DNA of 56,622 nucleotides, taken from the IMG/VR virus record IMGVR_UViG_3300031276_000001, positions 1 to 56,622 of that record, one strand, 5' to 3'. The stretch is from a virus. Position numbers and translations under genes: made by a program. Numbering within the stretch: the first letter of the stretch is position 1; each line of letters opens with the position of its first letter. The notes below the pieces were generated by a model, which saw nothing but the letters and a program-made list of their open reading frames with translations, ran no database searches and had not been told where the DNA came from. Positions 43,891 to 50,936 of the stretch are shown in pieces.

Positions 43891-44606
43891 CTTTCATATT
43901 TGATCATATCTTTTATTTTTTTTCTTCCTGGAATATTTATATGTCTTCCTTTATCTATAGTTCCACAGGCAATTATAGCAACTGGTAATACATTCGATGG
44001 TATCATAAATATTTCTCTAATCTTAGCAATATCTTTAATTTTTATGTGCACCCAACACATTCCAATATTTAAATTATGACCAGCAATTAATAAATTTTGA
44101 ATTGCTGCACCAGCATCCATATAGATAAAATAATTTTTATTTTTATCTTTCCCATATATTTCAATTTCAGAGCATGCAATTATACAATTTGGAGATTTTT
44201 TTATAAATCCTTGTTTTTTTAAATTACTAATTCTAGAAATTTTTAATTTATCTTCAGTTAAAATAAAACTTATTGGCTGCCTATTACAACTAGACGGTGC
44301 ATATCTAGCAGCATTAACAATTTTTTCAAAATCATCTTTTTGTATTTTCCCTTTATATTGCCTTATACTTCTTCTTTCAAAAATCGGTTTTAATTCATCA
44401 TTTTGTAATATTTCTGTGTATATATCCACACAATTTTCAAATAATACATTTTTTGCCCAATTAATTTCATCATCAGATAAATATTTTCTTATATTGTTAA
44501 ATGATGATTTTGCCGCATTTAACCGTTTTTGATTTATTTTACCTTCTTCCATTTCTTTTTCCACAATATGAACATTAGTTTTAAATATTGAAAGTTTATT
44601 TTTCAT
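43875..44606 (-). CDS. Nitroreductase-family flavoprotein
   Basis: RRSIRQYKG...ARYAPSSCNRQP signature; first gene of the operon; GGGGTG RBS. Confidence 0.7.
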   Translation of the reverse strand: MKNKLSIFKTNVHIVEKEMEEGKINQKRLNAAKSSFNNIRKYLSDDEINWAKNVLFENCVDIYTEILQNDELKPIFERRSIRQYKGKIQKDDFEKIVNAARYAPSSCNRQPISFILTEDKLKISRISNLKKQGFIKKSPNCIIACSEIEIYGKDKNKNYFIYMDAGAAIQNLLIAGHNLNIGMCWVHIKIKDIAKIREIFMIPSNVLPVAIIACGTIDKGRHINIPGRKKIKDMIKYERWISL

Positions 44607-44674
44607 TATCTTTCACCCCTTATTAAATTATATAATTTAATTGAGTTTTTTTCAATATATATTGAAACGGCAAT

Positions 44675-44709
44675 AAAAAGATGCTTCGCTCATTGGAAAA
44701 CATCTTTTT
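44675..44709 (-). promoter_or_regulatory. Leader hairpin 3 (terminator/attenuator-like)
   Basis: aaaaagatg (44675-44683) pairs with catcttttt (44701-44709); 17-nt loop; about 70 nt upstream of the operon start codon. Confidence 0.4.
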
Positions 44710-44803
44710 ATTAGTGATTAGATTTTTATTATTAATTTAATTACTACTTAATTCATTTATATTAAATTAAAGTACAATATGTAGAGAAACATTTATTAAT
44801 AAT

Positions 44804-44860
44804 ATTATATAAAAAAAAATGTTTTATATCAACTTCCCCCATTCGATATAAAACATTTTT
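44804..44860 (-). terminator. Leader hairpin 2: intrinsic terminator with an embedded promoter (P2)
   Basis: 16-bp stem 44815-44830 / 44845-44860, minus-strand loop GAAUGGGGGAAGUU, then a U9 run. On the same strand, TTGATA (44832-44827), 17 nt, TATAAT (44809-44804). Confidence 0.5.
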
Positions 44861-44880
44861 CTTTATAACTCTGTCAACTC

Positions 44881-44925
44881 ATTATTCGGTTTGAAATAAT
44901 GGGGATTCATTTCAAACCGAATAAT
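44881..44925 (-). promoter_or_regulatory. Leader hairpin 1 (17-bp stem, C-rich loop)
   Basis: attattcggtttgaaat (44881-44897) pairs with atttcaaaccgaataat (44909-44925). The minus-strand loop GAAUCCCCAUU is complementary over 7 nt to the loop of hairpin 2. Confidence 0.5.
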
Positions 44926-44965
44926 ATTTCATCACAAAATATTATAAAAACTTTTTACAATAAAT

Positions 44966-44994
44966 ATAATAATTGATTTATTCTTAATTGTCAA
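44966..44994 (-). promoter_or_regulatory. Sigma70-like promoter P1
   Basis: On the minus strand: TTGACA (44994-44989), 17 nt, TATTAT (44971-44966). Confidence 0.45.
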
Positions 44995-45147
44995 TTATTT
45001 AATTCTATCAGGATGTTTATTTTTGTCATCAAGATATTTTTTAAAACATTCATTACATAAATATCTATCTTTCTTATTTATTTCAACATTATGTAATATG
45101 CTTGTTTCTTTATTACAATTATCGCAACTCATATATTTATCTTTCAT
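44995..45147 (-). CDS. Zinc-ribbon mini-protein (50 aa)
   Basis: Hand-translated: MKDKYMSCDNCNKETSILHNVEINKKDRYLCNECFKKYLDDKNKHPDRIK. AGGAGA lies 5 nt upstream. Confidence 0.45.
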   Translation of the reverse strand: MKDKYMSCDNCNKETSILHNVEINKKDRYLCNECFKKYLDDKNKHPDRIK

Positions 45148-45400
45148 TTTTTCTCCTTTCTTCTTCTAATCTTTTAAAATATTTTTCTTTTACTTTATCA
45201 AATAAATTTTCAGTTTCAGCAACTTTTTTTCTAGTAAAATATTTTAAATTAGTATTTGAAGGCATTAACCAAATAAAATCTTTAAATTCATTAATTATTT
45301 CCTGGAATAATTTTTCGTTTAAATGTTTTCGCCTTATATTTACGCTAGTTAATGTTCCTTTACGTATTTTGCTTATATCTTTTAATCCGTAAATCATCAT
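45137..45400 (-). CDS. Hypothetical protein (87 aa)
   Basis: Track ORF. Confidence 0.55.
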   Translation of the reverse strand: MMIYGLKDISKIRKGTLTSVNIRRKHLNEKLFQEIINEFKDFIWLMPSNTNLKYFTRKKVAETENLFDKVKEKYFKRLEEERRKNER

Positions 45401-45567
45401 ATTCCTCTTTCCATCGCTTTTAATATATCATTTTTTAATTCCCAAAAACTAATATCTTTTCTATTTTTAACATTAATTAAATTTATCATTATTTCTAAAT
45501 TTCTTTTTTCTAATTTTTCAATTTCATTTTCATTTTTTTGTGGACTTCCAATTATAAAATTATTCAT
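45397..45567 (-). CDS. Hypothetical small protein (56 aa)
   Basis: Hand-translated (MNNFIIGSPQKNENEIEKLEKRNLEIMINL...). AGGAGA RBS; its stop overlaps the next start. Confidence 0.45.
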   Translation of the reverse strand: MNNFIIGSPQKNENEIEKLEKRNLEIMINLINVKNRKDISFWELKNDILKAMERGI

Positions 45568-45582
45568 TAATTTAATTCTCCT

Positions 45583-45951
45583 TTATTTTACATATATATT
45601 TTTGTTTATAAATTCAATAAATGCATTATCTTTTACATAGTCTTTTTCAATAAGTTTACATCCACCTGTTTTTATTTCATATAGATTATCATAAGTATAA
45701 AACCGATGGCATTTAAGGCATTTAACTCCTGTAAGCATAAATTCAAATAAGTAGTTACACTTTGGACATATTTGCATATATTCAAATTGTTTTATTTTTA
45801 TCATTTTTTGCATGTTTTTCTCATATTCATCTTTTGTATATGTAATTAGTTCAACATTACCACAATTACATTTATATCCTTCCCAATATTCATCATCATA
45901 ATAATTACTATCTTTTAATTCCATTTCATTCATACATATTTCACATTTCAA
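45583..45951 (-). CDS. Multi-zinc-ribbon protein (122 aa)
   Basis: CEIC...CNCG...CPKC...CLKC pairs. Confidence 0.55.
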   Translation of the reverse strand: MKCEICMNEMELKDSNYYDDEYWEGYKCNCGNVELITYTKDEYEKNMQKMIKIKQFEYMQICPKCNYLFEFMLTGVKCLKCHRFYTYDNLYEIKTGGCKLIEKDYVKDNAFIEFINKNIYVK

Positions 45952-46019
45952 AATATTCCCACCTACTTATTATTTTTTACTAGTTATTTTATTCGTCATA
46001 AATTTAATTATCCTTAAAT

Positions 46020-46409
46020 TTAAAATTCTGGTTTTGTTGCTCTTTCAATATAATTTACTGCTCCTCTAAAGTAATTAGTTCTATAAACTTCTTTTTTTGG
46101 ATTCCATTGAGATACTATAAATAAATTTTTCTCATAATGTATTGATATGTAATATCCTTTATATTCAAATATATCTTTATTTAAATCATATAAAATATCA
46201 ACTTTTTTATAACATGGTTCTTCATCTACTCTAATAAATAATATATTTGTCCCAGTTAATATAATTTGTTGCAAAATTTCATAATTAATATTAATACATT
46301 CAGCTAAAGCATCTTTTGTCATTACACTTGATAATATTTTATTCTTGTCATAATATATCTGAAATTCTTGTTTATCATCAGTAACTCGTAATAATTCATC
46401 TAATTTCAT
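46020..46409 (-). CDS. Hypothetical protein (129 aa)
   Basis: Track ORF with a GGAGA RBS. Confidence 0.6.
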   Translation of the reverse strand: MKLDELLRVTDDKQEFQIYYDKNKILSSVMTKDALAECININYEILQQIILTGTNILFIRVDEEPCYKKVDILYDLNKDIFEYKGYYISIHYEKNLFIVSQWNPKKEVYRTNYFRGAVNYIERATKPEF

Positions 46410-46539
46410 AAATTTAATTCTCCATTCTTAAATTTTTTATAACAAACTGGACAAATATATCTTTTTTATCATTTTAAACCCTAATATTTTTGCAAGTTTT
46501 AGTGCTGTTTTTATATTTGAAGTGATTCCAGTTTATCAT

Positions 46540-46682
46540 CAATTTAAATAATATTAGTCAAATACCTGGGTCTAACTACCAAGGTATTTGACTATATTGA
46601 AAAAATACTTTTAAATAATATTATGTAAAACCCCACCATTTTACATATGTTATTCCTGAACTAGCCCAACAATAACACCCTC
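46540..46682 (-). ncRNA. Candidate small RNA with three hairpins, two of them followed by the same 13-mer
   Basis: Downstream of the promoter at 46717-46689. Hairpins are gttatt/aataac (46649-46676), atgtaaaa/ttttacat (46623-46646, G-rich loop on the minus strand) and a 13-bp stem at 46555-46567 / 46582-46594. AATATTATTTAAA follows the last two (46622-46610 and 46555-46543). Confidence 0.35.
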
Positions 46683-46688
46683 ATTAAT

Positions 46689-46717
46689 ATTATATAATAA
46701 CTATAAATTGATTTCAA
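46689..46717 (-). promoter_or_regulatory. Near-consensus sigma70 promoter
   Basis: On the minus strand: TTGAAA (46717-46712), 17 nt, TATAAT (46694-46689), inside a 450-bp non-coding gap. Confidence 0.5.
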
Positions 46718-46860
46718 TATATATTTGCAAAAACTTATTTGCATTTATTTTTCAATAAAAAAAAGAGTTTAGAGCTTTTTTTTTATTATTCAGTTCTTTA
46801 TTTCCCTCATCTTTTTTTTATAATTATTTTTTTTATTTTAGGTTAGATGGATAAATCCTT

Positions 46861-47357
46861 CTAACCTATTGAATATAGTCCAGTCTTATTTCTTTGATCG
46901 TTTTTTTCTATTGTCTTTTCAAGTTTTTCACGCCATCTAATAATGCTATATTTTAATTGTTTCTTAGTTTTACCATTTTTTACTTTTTTTAACGTATTAT
47001 TTAAAAGGTCTTCACTATATTGGTTTTTGACATGGATGTAACCTACCTTTTTTCCCACTAAGACCATTAAACATTAAAATATTATTTGGATAAGTGAAAT
47101 CATTTGGTATCAATCTTTTTGTTAATTTTATTTGATTATTGTATATATCGGTATTTGTAACTTTTTTCTTTTCTGGTCTAATATTTTTTTCTTCCTTTTT
47201 AATAATTATAGGATAATATCTTCCTGTCTTTTTATAAAATATACTTATTATTTCGTTTTTACGCATAGGTTGTATATTGCAATTCAAATGATTACTAGCT
47301 TTATCCTTTATCCAAATCCAATCATATTTAAACATATTAATATTTGATATTCTTAAT
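46861..47357 (-). pseudogene. Middle and 3' remnant of a disrupted N6/N4 DNA methyltransferase
   Basis: FKYDWIWIKDK...P...EIISIFYKK and ...RLHPCQKPI (an HPxQKP-type block), then a stop. The frame changes into 46861..47067 and no GSGT AdoMet motif follows. Confidence 0.5.
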
Positions 47358-48416
47358 CTACCTCCATTCAATTCCAATATAATCAAGTACTTTCCCCCAT
47401 CCAAAAACCTCACCTTTTTCATTTTTGTAACAAGACTTCATCCAATATTCCCATTCTTTTTGATTGGTTTCGTACAATCTATCAAATCTATGCGGCCTTT
47501 TCTTTTCAAGCTGAATCCCAAATCCACACATCGAACAACCAGTTCTTTGTGCTTTTGTTGTGAATAAATTACCATTTACATCTGTTTCAATAGTTCCATA
47601 AATATCTGGAATAGGAACATCTAGCTCTAATGCTAACTTTAAAATGTCCTGTCTATTGAATATTGCAAATGGAGCTGACCTGATTACTGATTTACCAAAA
47701 TAGTTACACCCGTTAATCATCAGGCTTTTACTCCTTCTACCTCCTTCACTTGCCATCATTCCCAGAAATGGGACTGAATTATTTTCTTTTGCCCAATCAT
47801 TACAGGGCTTTTCTTTTAAGTAATAACAACATTTGGATGATACTTTAAAGTCAGGTTTATTATAGTTTTCATTTTCATATCCGCCAAATTTTTCTAACCA
47901 AACCTTAGATAATTTCATTCTTGTATTTTTTCTATTACCTCCATATTTTCCGGTTTCGCCTGTCATAATTGCATGTCTAATTGTTGAGTTTTTTTCACTT
48001 GGGTTTTGTAAGTATTCTATTTTCTGGGCAATTTCTTTACTTAGTACTGGAAATCCAAATTCTTGTATTATATTTTGTTTATTCCAGTGTGTTCCATCTT
48101 TTTTCTTTGCAGATTTAAGTCTTTCAATTCCTAATTCTTTATGTATTTTTTGTATACTCATATCCTCAAGATAACTTACTGATATTCCTGGAACATTAAT
48201 TCCTATATTTTTCAAAAATAAATATAAGGTTATACTATCCAATCCTCCAATACTAACATGACAATTTAATCCTCTTTTTTGACATTCGTTGTAAAATTCC
48301 CATGCTCTTGCATATGCATAATTTTTCTTAAATTCGTAACTTCCTTTTTGCTTTACCATAAAATCTGCTATCTTTTTATCTGCTCCAATACTTTTCATTC
48401 TCTCAATTACATTCAT
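47358..48416 (-). CDS. PAPS-reductase-family (PP-loop ATPase; IbrA/DndC-like) protein
   Basis: PP-loop-like HVSIGGLDS near residue 55 and a C-terminal Cys cluster (RTGCSMCGFG); 352 aa. Confidence 0.65.
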   Translation of the reverse strand: MNVIERMKSIGADKKIADFMVKQKGSYEFKKNYAYARAWEFYNECQKRGLNCHVSIGGLDSITLYLFLKNIGINVPGISVSYLEDMSIQKIHKELGIERLKSAKKKDGTHWNKQNIIQEFGFPVLSKEIAQKIEYLQNPSEKNSTIRHAIMTGETGKYGGNRKNTRMKLSKVWLEKFGGYENENYNKPDFKVSSKCCYYLKEKPCNDWAKENNSVPFLGMMASEGGRRSKSLMINGCNYFGKSVIRSAPFAIFNRQDILKLALELDVPIPDIYGTIETDVNGNLFTTKAQRTGCSMCGFGIQLEKKRPHRFDRLYETNQKEWEYWMKSCYKNEKGEVFGWGKVLDYIGIEWR

Positions 48417-48550
48417 ACTCTACCACCTTCCTGAATTGCTTTGTCTATGTTAATAAGTCTGTTATATAACAACCTACAATGTTCTATTGTTTCATCTATT
48501 ATTATGCTTTCGGCTTTTTTGGGATATATCCTATATTTGTAAGCTTTCAT
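48413..48550 (-). mobile_element. Stub resembling the N-terminus of an IS200/IS605-family TnpB (OrfB) (45 aa)
   Basis: MKAYKYRIYPKKAESIIIDETIEHCRLLYNRLI matches the characteristic TnpB N-terminal pattern (KxYKYRIYP...Q...RxxYN). It ends in an ATGA overlap with the PAPS-reductase gene and has no RuvC domain. Confidence 0.45.
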
Positions 48551-48604
48551 ATTTTCACCACCTTTCAATATAATAAGTGTACCACTATTACATATACTTG
48601 TCAA

Positions 48605-48633
48605 CACTATAATTGTATGTTAATATTATAGTG
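48605..48633. promoter_or_regulatory. 9-bp inverted repeat (operator candidate) in the divergent promoter region
   Basis: cactataat (48605-48613) / attatagtg (48625-48633), overlapping a TTGTCA-17-TAATAT promoter-like element for the RHH gene. Confidence 0.4.
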
Positions 48634-48646
48634 AGGTGATAATAAT

Positions 48647-48799
48647 ATGATTAAAGAAGATAATACAAGAATTCAAGTTACAATTCCTAAAGATTTAAAA
48701 AAACAATTAGAAAAAAAAGCAAAAGAAAATGACCGTTCAGTAAGTAATTATATTGTTAAATTAATTAGAGATGATGTTATGCAGAATACCCCCACCTAA
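48647..48799 (+). CDS. Ribbon-helix-helix protein (50 aa)
   Basis: Hand-translated: MIKEDNTRIQVTIPKDLKKQLEKKAKENDRSVSNYIVKLIRDDVMQNTPT. GAGGTG RBS. Confidence 0.55.
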   Translation: MIKEDNTRIQVTIPKDLKKQLEKKAKENDRSVSNYIVKLIRDDVMQNTPT

Positions 48800-48818
48800 G
48801 AGGATGGGGGTATTCTGC
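48781..48818. terminator. 14-bp GC-containing hairpin between convergent genes
   Basis: gcagaataccccca (48781-48794) pairs with tgggggtattctgc (48805-48818). Confidence 0.6.
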
Positions 48819-48819
48819 A

Positions 48820-49017
48820 TTAAAAAGATAAATTAATATCAATCTCCTTATCCCATTTTGCATAAGTTAAAGAATAAGGAAGATCACACAATATTAAATC
48901 AATATATTTATTTTTTATATTATTCATTTCGATCAAACAATCACCATTTATTAATTTATTCATATTAAAATAATCACTTTCTATATCTGGTAAAATTTTT
49001 TTATAATTATCGCTCAT
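48820..49017 (-). pseudogene. 5' fragment of the disrupted DNA methyltransferase
   Basis: MSDNYKK...LINGDCLIEMNNIKNKYIDLILCDLPYSLTYAKWDKEIDINLSF, then a stop. It has a typical MTase N-terminus with a D(P/L)PY motif and stops exactly at the hairpin. Confidence 0.55.
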
Positions 49018-49516
49018 CACCATATTGAAGCCAATGTTTTCTTTTATTTCTTGCAAAAAATTCAAAATATTGTGGATATGATACTTTTTCAATAATATCA
49101 TATGTTTCATCTGGTTTTCGACTATGCTCTCTTCTATTTGCAAAAAACACAGTTGGACATTGTTGTCTTTTCCCATCAACTATTTTGTATGGTAATTTCC
49201 CTTTTACTCCAAATAATAATAATTCATGTTGACCTCTAAAATATTGACCTAAGCCAAATCTATCTTTTACCCAAACAATATTTGTTATATATTTATAACC
49301 ATAAATTTTTAAAGCTTCCAAACCATTGATTAAAAATTTATTTGTTACCCACAGATAGCAATGACTATTTTTAATATCTGGTAGAAATTTTTTATAATTA
49401 TATATTTCATTAATAGACATTAAGTTATAATGTCTATCTGCTCCTCTTTTTATTTTACCACCACCCTTTTCAGGCCATGGAGGGTCTAAATATAGAGTTC
49501 CAACATCATAAGTCAT
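49007..49516 (-). CDS. MT-A70-family N6-adenine DNA methyltransferase
   Basis: LYLDPPWPE catalytic motif, plus YLWVTN and HSRKPDE blocks; 169 aa. Confidence 0.8.
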   Translation of the reverse strand: MTYDVGTLYLDPPWPEKGGGKIKRGADRHYNLMSINEIYNYKKFLPDIKNSHCYLWVTNKFLINGLEALKIYGYKYITNIVWVKDRFGLGQYFRGQHELLLFGVKGKLPYKIVDGKRQQCPTVFFANRREHSRKPDETYDIIEKVSYPQYFEFFARNKRKHWLQYGDER

Positions 49517-50471
49517 TTTTCCCTCCTATTAATCTATCTAAAAATTTACATGCTATTTTATTTGATAATTCATGATCAATATTTGAATTATCTTGTATTA
49601 TACAAGCAAGATTACTTTGCCATGCATAATACATACTACCTCCTGACTTATCATTTTTTAGTTCTTCTAAAATTCTTTTCATTGCTTTTTCATAACTATT
49701 CATACTTCCAAATTTTTGTTTCAACAATCTTTCAATTTCAATGAAATTATTTAAAACTTCATCGAATAAACATTTTTCAGAATTTGTAAATTTGTGATCA
49801 ATATCCATTTCAAAATTTAAAATTATTTCACGATTTCTATCTTTTAGTTTATTAATCTTATTATCATAAGACAACGGTCCATCTATAATATTTCCATCTG
49901 CAAATATATCACTGCATAATCTATTAAGCATTTCAAAAATTTCGTTAGGTTCTTTTTTTGTACCATCTATTTCATTTCCATAAAATATAAAGCTTGAATT
50001 TGTTAAAATTGTTGCAGCTGCTAACAACATTCTACCTTCTAATGTATTTTTAAAATCAAGTTTTCCCATATAATCAGATATATTATTTTTTCCATATCTT
50101 TTTATCCATTCACATATTTTATTAAAATTACAATCACCACAAGTTTTTAATTTTATGTCAAATAAATCCATTATACATTTATTAATTTTTTTATTTTTAA
50201 TATCTATAAAGTCATAAAGTTCTTTATGTTCTATCAATTCAATTGGCTCTATTTGGTTTATAAAATTAGCATCTATTTCTTCTTTTGTTTTATATGTAAA
50301 ATCAAGAAGAAATATTATTGAATCCACAAAATTACTCATTATTAGGTAAATTTCTTCTTGATCTGCATCTAATTCATTTTTTATAAGTTTATCTAATTTT
50401 ATTCTAAGTTCATTTTGTGTTTCTCTTAATTGTTCCATAAACATAATTGTACTATTATCCATTTTTCCCAT
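49506..50471 (-). CDS. Hypothetical protein sharing a ~50-aa module with ORF 50920..51657
   Basis: EGRMLLAAATILTNSSFIFYGNEIDGTKKEPNEIFEMLNRLCSDIF aligns with EGKLLLAAISVLTTSPFIFKNKSYLGSKLHPEQVCSMLDELKNDIF. Confidence 0.6.
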   Translation of the reverse strand: MGKMDNSTIMFMEQLRETQNELRIKLDKLIKNELDADQEEIYLIMSNFVDSIIFLLDFTYKTKEEIDANFINQIEPIELIEHKELYDFIDIKNKKINKCIMDLFDIKLKTCGDCNFNKICEWIKRYGKNNISDYMGKLDFKNTLEGRMLLAAATILTNSSFIFYGNEIDGTKKEPNEIFEMLNRLCSDIFADGNIIDGPLSYDNKINKLKDRNREIILNFEMDIDHKFTNSEKCLFDEVLNNFIEIERLLKQKFGSMNSYEKAMKRILEELKNDKSGGSMYYAWQSNLACIIQDNSNIDHELSNKIACKFLDRLIGGKNDL

Positions 50472-50483
50472 TTTTAAATCTCC

Positions 50484-50936
50484 TTACTTATTATCACAAT
50501 ATTTATAATATAAATTTTTTAATATTCCATATGCTTCAAAATTTATTTCATCTACTTTATTAGTTCCAATTTTATGATTTAAATTACAAAATCTTTCTGA
50601 TAATAATATTTTCATTATTTTAAAGTCATCTATTGGAATATTAATATATTCAATATCCTTAACTTTTAAAATATCATTGTTAATATTTATTTTATGCAAT
50701 AATTCTCTTAATAATGAACTTTCAATGTTTTTTCTTTCTATTTTAATTTTTAATATTTCTAATTCATCTTTTAATATTTTTGTTTCTTCTTTATCTAATT
50801 GCATTATTTTTAATTTAGTTTTTATTTCATAATGTTTTTCAGATAAATTATTTAATTCTTCAAATGCTTTCTCTTGTCTATTTTTATATAAATTGTAAAT
50901 ATTTTCATCAATATAATATTTATTCATTTTTATCAT
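50484..50936 (-). CDS. Hypothetical coiled-coil protein (150 aa)
   Basis: Track ORF. Confidence 0.55.
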   Translation of the reverse strand: MIKMNKYYIDENIYNLYKNRQEKAFEELNNLSEKHYEIKTKLKIMQLDKEETKILKDELEILKIKIERKNIESSLLRELLHKININNDILKVKDIEYINIPIDDFKIMKILLSERFCNLNHKIGTNKVDEINFEAYGILKNLYYKYCDNK

